From contig CAZNYN010000006.1 in the NCBI GenBank assembly GCA_964577295.1, forward strand, positions 2,790 to 66,789: 64,000 nt of DNA. Reading direction: 5' to 3'. The notes beneath the pieces are model-generated. The model did no database searches. It was not told the DNA's origin and worked only from the letters and a program-made list of their open reading frames with translations. This stretch comes from an uncultured Synergistaceae bacterium. Lineage in GTDB: Bacteria > Synergistota > Synergistia > Synergistales > Synergistaceae. The first letter of the stretch is position 1; every line of letters starts with the position of its first letter. Positions 9,401 through 16,304 of the stretch are shown here, in pieces. The translations under genes were made by a program, and so were the position numbers.

Positions 9401-9993
9401 AACACCTTCTTGATGCAATGGGGCATACACATTCGCACATAGCAAGAGAGGACGACTTCCCTCCCAACTATGAAAACGCGGCATCAATTATTGGAAGTAT
9501 TATTACACCAATTAAGGACAACGGAGAGATAAAGGGCTTCATAAGCATAGGCGGAGGCGAGAACAAATCCCTCTGCACTTCGGACGAAATAAGGGATCTA
9601 ACTCTATCGGCTCAGACTATTGCCGTATTTCTGATTAAGGAAGACTATTATAAAAAACGAGATGCAAAGATCGACAGACTCAAAAAATCAATACAGAAGT
9701 CGAAGGAAAAGATTTATATAGTCGATGCAGACACACACGAAGTACTCTTCTCAAATATGCAGGAGACTGCGGAGAGTCAGGGGGAGAGAAAACATCTTCC
9801 GTGCTATCTTGCAATATATGGATTTGATTCACAATGCACCGACTGTATACTAAAAAAACGTCTTGATGAAACAGCCGCTTCATCGGAAAATATAGCTGTG
9901 TCAAAAGACGAAAAAGGTCTTCTTTTTGCTGTACCGTTCGAATTTTATAACGGAAAAAATACATATTTCATAACAATAATTGACGCTAAATAA
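6496..9993 (+). CDS. Membrane sensor diguanylate cyclase: TM, periplasmic domain, TM, PAS-like repeats, GGDEF, C-terminal GAF/PAS-like module (paralog 1)
   Basis: Two TM segments flank a roughly 270-aa extracytoplasmic region. An intact GGDEF lies at 8860-8874 (RTGGDEFIIF). About 330 aa follow it and end in a C-x10-C-x2-C motif. The ATG at 6496 is about 8 nt after GAGG. Confidence 0.85.
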   Translation: MIKRLPTNIKIYIAAIMAIIILMLFFFQYFSETLRLTAIKEEERQMFYVSNFSVNVVRSRIEQYGRFMRTTAGHIVSIGFNKEKSANFLRNVSQSTDFKYMDIIFPDDNPTPSADNVFPSGSSKIYATPRIGTITIKGKDYLHFSYPIIENGTVKAQINGYVDAHESLDTSSKNIVLGKTEIIYFRSNGEYLFAQNSIAKLRNGTNVLDFIQGKKNEMSVPLEHVLNAISSRQSLSLKFKTTSETRLAHIEPVGVEDWYVGIFLPAGILENKVKSIKEDTVKLLSNIGIILFLFILYIIYIERKSLKAIQNANKTAENLIAGIPGGVFKCRADKDFTYELVSQGLADTTGYSTPAELIEQQGSSFWNSILTEDRILTRATIMSRLRREGRFETIYRMKKHDGEIIYVLCKGGTIQENSGDESVCAVIIDITETQKTIEKLIISEGKYKAAIAQADIYVSEYDTATDVLISSDKASEMFATPHVINNFKNYLSEVIKKYPDSEGVKIYGDTLFKAVQTKEQTVCFYSLTSLDGKKHYLKTIFTHVEDDRGGLLKIIGISEDITALKNAELKYIETQKYKDTIAKLYERIYEYNLTKGTVILGGENYSNYAVPKQMDLDDIRGSFVKQYVHPDDRPFILNMLSLQGAEEYLKKGMSEFDYDYRCKAALDSEIYTWKASHISIFVDPSDKSVHTTWFVKDITETMTHKKQLLYQAERDLLTGLYNKTSTEEKIRETIRSNPEGHYALIMADIDNFKSVNDTMGHLYGDTVIIECAKKISEIFKTNDIKGRTGGDEFIIFAEECSLSQSQIKTAALYDALRKVYNDEDSQINLSISCGISYYPSDGQTFETLYNKADIALYHSKDCGKNCVSTYTKSMGESMDGRKTFTLKKENRHLAAYTSQDVFKTLCRAKDITAAVESSLKALADNYGFTRLHVFLKAEKDGTCTKIFEWNAQGQHSSDVYGSALKNASKHLLDAMGHTHSHIAREDDFPPNYENAASIIGSIITPIKDNGEIKGFISIGGGENKSLCTSDEIRDLTLSAQTIAVFLIKEDYYKKRDAKIDRLKKSIQKSKEKIYIVDADTHEVLFSNMQETAESQGERKHLPCYLAIYGFDSQCTDCILKKRLDETAASSENIAVSKDEKGLLFAVPFEFYNGKNTYFITIIDAK

Positions 9994-10012
9994 AACCCGA
10001 GAGGAAGATATT

Positions 10013-10507
10013 ATGACAGACACAACAGCCAGATACAACAAGAACTACCCGGTACCTTGGGAACAGCTCCAGCGCGACTGCAGAGCTCTGGCATGGAAGC
10101 TTTTGGACATAAGAAAAGATTGGAGCAGGCTCGTTGCCGTAGCGAGAGGAGGACTTGTTCCGGCCGCAATAATAGCAAGAGAGCTTGATATACATCTGGT
10201 CGACACTGTCTGCATCTCCAGCTACACAATAAGAGAGCAAAAAAACGCCAGCATACTTAAGAGACCGGACCTCGCCGGAGTAGACGACTCATGGCTTATA
10301 ATCGACGATCTCGTCGACACGGGAAAAACAGCTCAGATTGTAAGAGACATGTTTGTGGGAGCACACTTCGCCACAGTCTACGCCAAACCGGAAGGGCGCC
10401 CCATGGTTGACACGTTTGTTACGGAAGTAAGCCAGGACACTTGGGTCCTCTTCCCATGGGATACGGCATCCGCAACATCCTTTATTCCTCCTATTATCAA
10501 TATGTAG
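10013..10507 (+). CDS. gpt: Xanthine-guanine phosphoribosyltransferase
   Basis: Collinear by eye with E. coli Gpt as I recall it (AVARGGLVPAAIIARELDI..VDTVCISSY...IIDDLVDTGKTA...YAKPEGRP...QDTW). Internal ATG follows GAGGAAG. Confidence 0.88.
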   Translation: MTDTTARYNKNYPVPWEQLQRDCRALAWKLLDIRKDWSRLVAVARGGLVPAAIIARELDIHLVDTVCISSYTIREQKNASILKRPDLAGVDDSWLIIDDLVDTGKTAQIVRDMFVGAHFATVYAKPEGRPMVDTFVTEVSQDTWVLFPWDTASATSFIPPIINM

Positions 10508-10520
10508 AAAATATACATAA

Positions 10521-10570
10521 AGTCAAATCTCCGCAGCTATGATGACGGAGGTTTGACTTTATTCTTTTTT
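10521..10570 (+). terminator. Intrinsic terminator of gpt
   Basis: 13-bp stem AGTCAAATCTCCG / CGGAGGTTTGACT (one G-U pair), a 12-nt loop, then TTATTCTTTTTT. Confidence 0.8.
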
Positions 10571-10580
10571 CGTGTATAAT
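10553..10580 (+). promoter_or_regulatory. Near-consensus sigma70-type promoter
   Basis: TTGACT (10553-10558), a 16-nt spacer, then TATAAT (10575-10580) immediately preceded by TG. It lies 50 nt upstream of the small ORF at 10630. Confidence 0.5.
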
Positions 10581-10629
10581 GTTTTATTTGGCGGCGTAGG
10601 TTCGCAAATTTTTAAATGGAGGTGATTTA

Positions 10630-10758
10630 ATGAGCAATAAACTGGTTTATATTTCGGGAATTCCCTACTGGATGACTCCCGAAGGACGTTTCATGAACGT
10701 TGAAATCATGGACGGAATGCCCGTAGAACATGTCATTATGCGCGGCGAAACGAGATAG
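10630..10758 (+). CDS. Unannotated 42-aa small protein (MSNKLVYISGIPYWMTPEGRFMNVEIMDGMPVEHVIMRGETR)
   Basis: It is below the ORF-track size cutoff. The ATG sits 7 nt after GGAGGTG and has the near-consensus promoter above. I recognise no homolog. Confidence 0.4.
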   Translation: MSNKLVYISGIPYWMTPEGRFMNVEIMDGMPVEHVIMRGETR

Positions 10759-10816
10759 CATGACAAACAAGCACCACCGGGGTTTTTAAAAAGCAGTTTT
10801 AAAGATTCACATACAA

Positions 10817-10867
10817 GCACAGGTTCATGAGGAATAAAACAACCCAAACTTTCCTATGAACCGGTGC
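10817..10867. other. Long imperfect hairpin of unknown role
   Basis: GCACAGGTTCATGAGGAA pairs with TTCCTATGAACCGGTGC: 16 bp with one mismatch and one bulge, and a 16-nt loop. No U-run follows on the plus strand. Confidence 0.35.
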
Positions 10868-11067
10868 CGTGGGGCGACAACAACATATTACTTACACAAC
10901 TTCCCCAATTTTCCCTCTTGAATATAAATTTAAGTTCATAGCATTTATTCATTTATTCTCTTTTTGTTGTATAATATTACGTACTGACAAAAGTAATTTT
11001 ATACAGACGGAGGAATAGTTCAATTGTCATTTTTGAATTACCTGATCGGCTACAGAAGACTGCTGTC

Positions 11068-14000
11068 TTGAACAAAATTGCTTTATACCTAAAGACAAAA
11101 CCTCATATGAAAAAATATGCAGTGTACTTAATTACACTGCTGTTGGCTTTTGCTGTCGCTCTTAACTATATGAAGCTATTTACGGCAGATGTAAGAGAGA
11201 GCAAACTCAACTATGAGTATGACAGGATGTCGGAAATTGCGGATGTCTATGGAGATAATATAAAAAAATCCATTAAAATCTATATCGACTTCACATCATC
11301 AGCGGCCGCAGCCATCAGCACATCCGGGGGAATAAACCAAGAAACGGCACACAATTTCTTAGAGAATATGGTTGATAATACAGACTTCATCTCCGCATCA
11401 GTCACTTTTAGCGACGGTACATACATTATGGCTGTCGAAAATGGGTTAAAGATTCCTCCTCCGTCACCCTCCGTCCCCAATATATCCGGTACAGGCATGC
11501 ACATAAAGACCATCGACGGCAAGAAATATTTAGTGATAAACGCTGCCGTGACAAAAAACGGCAGAAGCACGGATATGAACATAAGAGGACTGCTTCCTGC
11601 CTCATACATCGAGAGGATAGTATCACGCACTGTCTTTGAAAAGGGCGCATCCGCCTGCCTGCTCAATAAGAACGGCGATGTTATGCTCTATCCGCCTTCC
11701 GAAAAAGGTACTCAGGAAAAGCTGCCGGCCAATATATTTGCATGGAACGAAAATAAAAAATGTCTTGACCACAAGAATGAATCCACTAAGGCAAAGAATA
11801 TGCTTGCACTCGGCAAGGATGTTTTATTCAAACCAAACTGTAAAAATTTACAAAGAATATTTTTTATAAAACCTCTGGACATCGGAGATTGGTGTGTCGC
11901 GGTAGTGCTGCCTCAGAGCTATATTGACGAAGCGGTATTCCCTGTGGTGAACAAGGCGGGCTACCTCGTGATTCAGATATTCCTGCTCTTCACGGCAATG
12001 CTCTCATGCATTATTTGGAGAGAGAGGTCTCTGGCCAAAAAGACAGCGGCCGCCGCTGCTGTTACGGAGAGCTTGATCCGCAGCACTCCGGGCGGTTTTG
12101 TTAAGTGTAGGATAAGCGGAGACTATCCTTTTGAATATATGAGCGACGGATTTGCAAAGCTTGCATCATGCGAATCTGTCAAAGATACTGTGGCTTTCTA
12201 CAAAAACAGTCTGTGGAACAGCATAGCGGAACAGGACAGGGAGACCGCTTCTGCCACCATAAAAGCCCAGCTCAATGAGAGTAAGAGCATAAATGTCACG
12301 TACAGAATGAACAGAAAGGACGGAGAGTCCATATACGTGATGAATAGGGGTGGTTTAGCCCATGAAGACAGCGGAGAGAAAGACACCGCATACGGGGTCA
12401 TTGTTGATGTGACCGATATGCAGAAAGCCATATCTGATCTCCGTGTCAGTGAAAAACGTTACAAGATAGCCACTTCCCAGGCAAATCTTTTGATATTTGA
12501 ATATAATCCCCAAGATGACACAGTTACTTTCAGTGAAAATACATCCAAGAAGTTCGGATATCCGCCTGTATTGCACAATGCCCTCAGCGGAGACCTTTCG
12601 GAATATCCGTTCCTTTATGCTATACACTCACTGACAGGCACAGAAAACACCTTCTCTGACGAATATGAACTCCGTTCCGCCGAAGGCGAAGTTGTTTACG
12701 TAAAGGCAACACTTACGGCGATTTTTGAGCATATTGACAAATTGCTCAATGTAATGGGAATTATCGAAGACATAACAGAGCATAAAAAAATACAGATGAA
12801 GTGCCAAGAGAGAGAACGGTACAAAAATACTCTTTCCAAGCTCTATGAACGCTATTACGAATTTGACATAACCAACGATGCCGTAATAGCCGGATATGAC
12901 ACAATGTCGGATGCTCAAAAAACTGTCAGCAAAGGTTATTTTGAGATGGAGGCGCAATTTATGGCGCACGACCTTCACCCCGATGACAGGATAACATATG
13001 CTCCTTTTGCCACACCATACGGTATAAAACAGCTATGGGCAGACGGCATCACAGATTCAAATATTAAATACAGAGTTATTGAGAAAGACGGCAGCTATAG
13101 ATGGAAGGATGCCCATATAACCATATTCAGAGAAGCGTCCGATTCGTCTTTAAGGACTATGTGGTTTACCAAGGATATTAATACTCTTATGATTAAAGAA
13201 GAAGAGCTGGAAAACAGGGCCAAGAGAGACAGGCTTACCCAGCTTTACAACAAAGTTACTGCGGAAACATTAATCAGTGAACACCTGAAAAATCACTCTG
13301 GCGACACTGAAAATACGAAAAGCGCTTTTATAATAATAGATTTGGATCACTTTAAAGATATAAATGATTCCATGGGGCACATGTTTGGTGATGCCGTAAT
13401 AACAGAATCGGCAAAAAAAATATCGGATACTTTCAAGACGACAGATATCATAGGCCGAATAGGCGGAGATGAGTTTGTAGTATTTATGAAAGACATACAG
13501 GACAGAGAACTCACTGTAAAGAAGGCCTATCAGCTTGCAAAGTCAATCGAGACAATGAGTAAGGGGGGCACGGAGGATATCCATATTTCTGCCTGCATAG
13601 GAATATCTTTTTCACACGGAGCGGATACAACTTTCAACGAGATGTACAATAAAGCCGACATCGCCCTCTATTATTCAAAAGACAAAGGCAAGGGCAAAGT
13701 GACAGTGTATGACGACAGCATGGGACTTTCTGTGCTCAAGAAAGACAATGCGATCATTCCCATAGAAAACAAAACTGAGGGCAGCTTCACTGATGAGCCG
13801 GCAAGGTATGTATTCCGTATGCTCTACGGCGCAAAGAATCTCTCTGTAGCTCTGACAGGAGTTTTTGAGCTTGTAATCAGTCATTTCAAATTGTCGCGCG
13901 GATATATTTTCGAGAATTCACTGGACAGGAAGAGATTTACCGAGATATTGGAAATATCTGTCTATGATGTTCCGACTATGATGGACAGGTTTAAGAACAA

Positions 14001-14601
14001 GGAATATGCTTACTGGCGCCCGAACTACGAGAAGAATTTTGACGACAACGGCCTGTTTATCATGGATATTAACAACGCCGACTATGAGCAAATTCGTATT
14101 TTCGAGCCTCAGTCGATACACTATATGCTCCAAACCGCCATATACGATGAGGGTATATTCCGTGGATTTATAGGCTTTGATATCTGTGATTCAGAAAGGC
14201 CTCTGAGTCCCGAGGATGTTGAAAATCTGTCACTCATAGCCAAAGTTATTGTGCTGTTTGTAAAAAGGGAGTTTCACCGTAACAGCAGAGACCTTAGGGT
14301 ATCTATATACAAAAACGCAATGGATTCCGTAACAGTCCCTATGTGCGCCGTTAAGTCGGATACATTTGAGCTGCTATACGCCAATAAAGAGGCCATTAAA
14401 ACAGCGGGCAGAGAACCGGAAGAGACGAAGTGCTTCTCTTATCTCTTCGGACGCTCTCTGCCTTGCCCTGAATGCCCCCTGCTCAACTCCGGAGATAATG
14501 ACAGAAAAGCATGCTCTATTCCTGCCGATTGGGACATAGAAAACGACGTGTGCATCGTAGCATGCCGCGGCTTTAAGAAATCTGCTGAAGAACTCTCCTG
14601 A
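11068..14601 (+). CDS. Membrane sensor diguanylate cyclase, paralog 2 (same architecture as 6496-9993)
   Basis: Collinear with paralog 1 along the whole length. GGDEF lies at 13462-13476 (RIGGDEFVVF) and the C-terminal motif is KCFSYLFGRSLPCPECP. The start is uncertain: TTG at 11068 or ATG at 11107, neither with its own SD. Confidence 0.85.
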   Translation: MNKIALYLKTKPHMKKYAVYLITLLLAFAVALNYMKLFTADVRESKLNYEYDRMSEIADVYGDNIKKSIKIYIDFTSSAAAAISTSGGINQETAHNFLENMVDNTDFISASVTFSDGTYIMAVENGLKIPPPSPSVPNISGTGMHIKTIDGKKYLVINAAVTKNGRSTDMNIRGLLPASYIERIVSRTVFEKGASACLLNKNGDVMLYPPSEKGTQEKLPANIFAWNENKKCLDHKNESTKAKNMLALGKDVLFKPNCKNLQRIFFIKPLDIGDWCVAVVLPQSYIDEAVFPVVNKAGYLVIQIFLLFTAMLSCIIWRERSLAKKTAAAAAVTESLIRSTPGGFVKCRISGDYPFEYMSDGFAKLASCESVKDTVAFYKNSLWNSIAEQDRETASATIKAQLNESKSINVTYRMNRKDGESIYVMNRGGLAHEDSGEKDTAYGVIVDVTDMQKAISDLRVSEKRYKIATSQANLLIFEYNPQDDTVTFSENTSKKFGYPPVLHNALSGDLSEYPFLYAIHSLTGTENTFSDEYELRSAEGEVVYVKATLTAIFEHIDKLLNVMGIIEDITEHKKIQMKCQERERYKNTLSKLYERYYEFDITNDAVIAGYDTMSDAQKTVSKGYFEMEAQFMAHDLHPDDRITYAPFATPYGIKQLWADGITDSNIKYRVIEKDGSYRWKDAHITIFREASDSSLRTMWFTKDINTLMIKEEELENRAKRDRLTQLYNKVTAETLISEHLKNHSGDTENTKSAFIIIDLDHFKDINDSMGHMFGDAVITESAKKISDTFKTTDIIGRIGGDEFVVFMKDIQDRELTVKKAYQLAKSIETMSKGGTEDIHISACIGISFSHGADTTFNEMYNKADIALYYSKDKGKGKVTVYDDSMGLSVLKKDNAIIPIENKTEGSFTDEPARYVFRMLYGAKNLSVALTGVFELVISHFKLSRGYIFENSLDRKRFTEILEISVYDVPTMMDRFKNKEYAYWRPNYEKNFDDNGLFIMDINNADYEQIRIFEPQSIHYMLQTAIYDEGIFRGFIGFDICDSERPLSPEDVENLSLIAKVIVLFVKREFHRNSRDLRVSIYKNAMDSVTVPMCAVKSDTFELLYANKEAIKTAGREPEETKCFSYLFGRSLPCPECPLLNSGDNDRKACSIPADWDIENDVCIVACRGFKKSAEELS

Positions 14602-15733
14602 TTCTCCTTGCCGCCTCTTCCATCTGCTTCTCCGAGACAGTGCAGGCTATTCTGACATAGCAGCCGCAGTGAGGGCCGAATGAGTCTCCGGGGATGAGCA
14701 CAACCTTCCCTTCATTCAGCATTTTTACGCCAAACTCTTCCCCGCTCATGCCTGTGCCAGATACATCCAAGAATAGGTAAAAACTGCCGCAGGGACGGGA
14801 GCACTTTATGCCGGGAATATCTGAGAAAAGCTCATAGCCTCTAGTCACTCTCTTCCTGAATATTGCCGATATTCTTTCCGCTTCGCAGTCACAGTTATTC
14901 AGGGCATACTCCGCAGCTCTCTGTACCATTGTGTTGACGCTCAACGTCTGCACGACACCGACATTCTGCATTGTTTTAAGCAAAGCGGCATCCGCCATTG
15001 CATAGCCTATTCTCCACCCTGTCATGGCATAGCTCTTTGAGAGCCCGCCTATTGTCACAGTTCTCTCCTTCATATCGGGAAGGGATGCGAAGGGAGTGTG
15101 AGGGACGGTGTAGGAAAAACCTTCGTAGAGTTCATCGGATATTACAAGAAGGTCGTGTCTCTTTACTGCCGATGCTATCTCCAGCAGCACATTCTTCGGA
15201 AAGACCGCTCCCGTAGGATTGCAGGGGGAGTTTATGATTACCGCCTTTGTCTTAGGGGTAATCAGTGATTCCAGCCGCTTGGGATTCGGTACAAACCCCT
15301 CTTCAAAAGTGCTCATACAGTAAATCGGCACACCGCCTGCCTGAAGTACCTGCTGTTCATAGAATGTAAAGAACGGCTCCGGTATTATGACCTCATCGCC
15401 GCGCTCGAGCGTAACCTGAAAGACAAGAGATGAAGCCTGACTGCCTCCGACTGTGACAAATATTTCGTCAGCTCCGTACATCAGACCGTATTTGCGTTTC
15501 CAATAATCAGATACTGCTTTGCGCAAGCCGGCAAGCCCCATACCGGGAGCGTAGTGAGTTTCGCCCCTCTCTGCACTCTGTGCCAGAGCTTCGCATATCA
15601 CCTCCGGAGTGGAAATATCAGGTTCTCCTAGAGTGAGGTCAATCGCTCCTTCGACAGACGAGGCAAGAGCCGCCATTCTCATCATCGATGAAGGAGTTAT
15701 ATTTTTGTACCGCTCCGAGATAAAGCGCTTCAA
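14573..15733 (-). CDS. Class I/II pyridoxal-phosphate aminotransferase (aspartate/aromatic-type)
   Basis: PLP-lysine motif GGLSKSYAMTGWRIGY; 386 aa. Confidence 0.85.
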   Translation of the reverse strand: MKRFISERYKNITPSSMMRMAALASSVEGAIDLTLGEPDISTPEVICEALAQSAERGETHYAPGMGLAGLRKAVSDYWKRKYGLMYGADEIFVTVGGSQASSLVFQVTLERGDEVIIPEPFFTFYEQQVLQAGGVPIYCMSTFEEGFVPNPKRLESLITPKTKAVIINSPCNPTGAVFPKNVLLEIASAVKRHDLLVISDELYEGFSYTVPHTPFASLPDMKERTVTIGGLSKSYAMTGWRIGYAMADAALLKTMQNVGVVQTLSVNTMVQRAAEYALNNCDCEAERISAIFRKRVTRGYELFSDIPGIKCSRPCGSFYLFLDVSGTGMSGEEFGVKMLNEGKVVLIPGDSFGPHCGCYVRIACTVSEKQMEEAARRIRRVLQQIS

Positions 15734-15737
15734 GATT

Positions 15738-16160
15738 CTACTGCTCCGCTCCGTTTTTCCGTGCAGCGCGCGCCTCTCTCATCACGGTTTTTTTAGCGTG
15801 GGGATCACCGCAGGACGGCACGATGCAGAAAAATTCGAGAGGTTCGTCTCCCGTGTTGCTGTAAACATGCTTCATGCCTCCGGGCACTCTTGTCCAATAT
15901 CCTTTTTTCATCTCATAAGGCTCGCCTTCGACAACAACAACGCCGTCTCCCGAAAGGGTGAACATTAGGTGATCCCACTCGTGCGAGTGTTCGGGTATTG
16001 TCTCATGGGCGGGAAGTATGAAGTGGCGCATTACATAGTCATCCCAGAAACGGCCCGGGCCGTATACCGTTCTCTTTTGAATGTTAGGGGCCAGAGCGGA
16101 AGCGTTCTGCAGAGGAAGCTCGTATATGCTTCCAAAGTTTTTTTCTTCACAGTTTGACAT
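15738..16160 (-). CDS. Cupin-domain protein
   Basis: Cupin metal motif PEHSHEWDHLMFTLSGDG...GGMKHVY. I chose the internal ATG preceded by AAGGAGGA. Its stop lies 4 nt before the aminotransferase start. Confidence 0.7.
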   Translation of the reverse strand: MSNCEEKNFGSIYELPLQNASALAPNIQKRTVYGPGRFWDDYVMRHFILPAHETIPEHSHEWDHLMFTLSGDGVVVVEGEPYEMKKGYWTRVPGGMKHVYSNTGDEPLEFFCIVPSCGDPHAKKTVMREARAARKNGAEQ

Positions 16161-16212
16161 TTTTATATCCTCCTTTATAAGCTCTTCTGTTTTCGTAAGA
16201 CGGTTCCCTGCC

Positions 16213-16242
16213 AAAAAACCTCTCTGCCGTAAGGAAGAGAGG
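16213..16242 (-). terminator. Intrinsic terminator after the Mo-oxidoreductase gene
   Basis: On the minus strand the stem CCTCTCT / AGAGAGG (10-nt loop) is followed by TTTTTT. A second GC hairpin, GGGGCGA...TCGCCCC, lies just upstream of it. Confidence 0.6.
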
Positions 16243-16304
16243 GAAAATAATTTTTATTTTATTTTTTGGGGCGAATGATGAGATATCGCTCGCCCCGTCA
16301 ATAC

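Noticed and set aside
10760-11067. c-di-GMP (GEMM-type) riboswitch upstream of the second diguanylate cyclase.
   Set aside because: I could not find the GEMM-I or GEMM-II conserved cores, such as the GNRA tetraloop/receptor arrangement with ACGCACAGGGCAAACC-like sequence. Only one generic hairpin is present.
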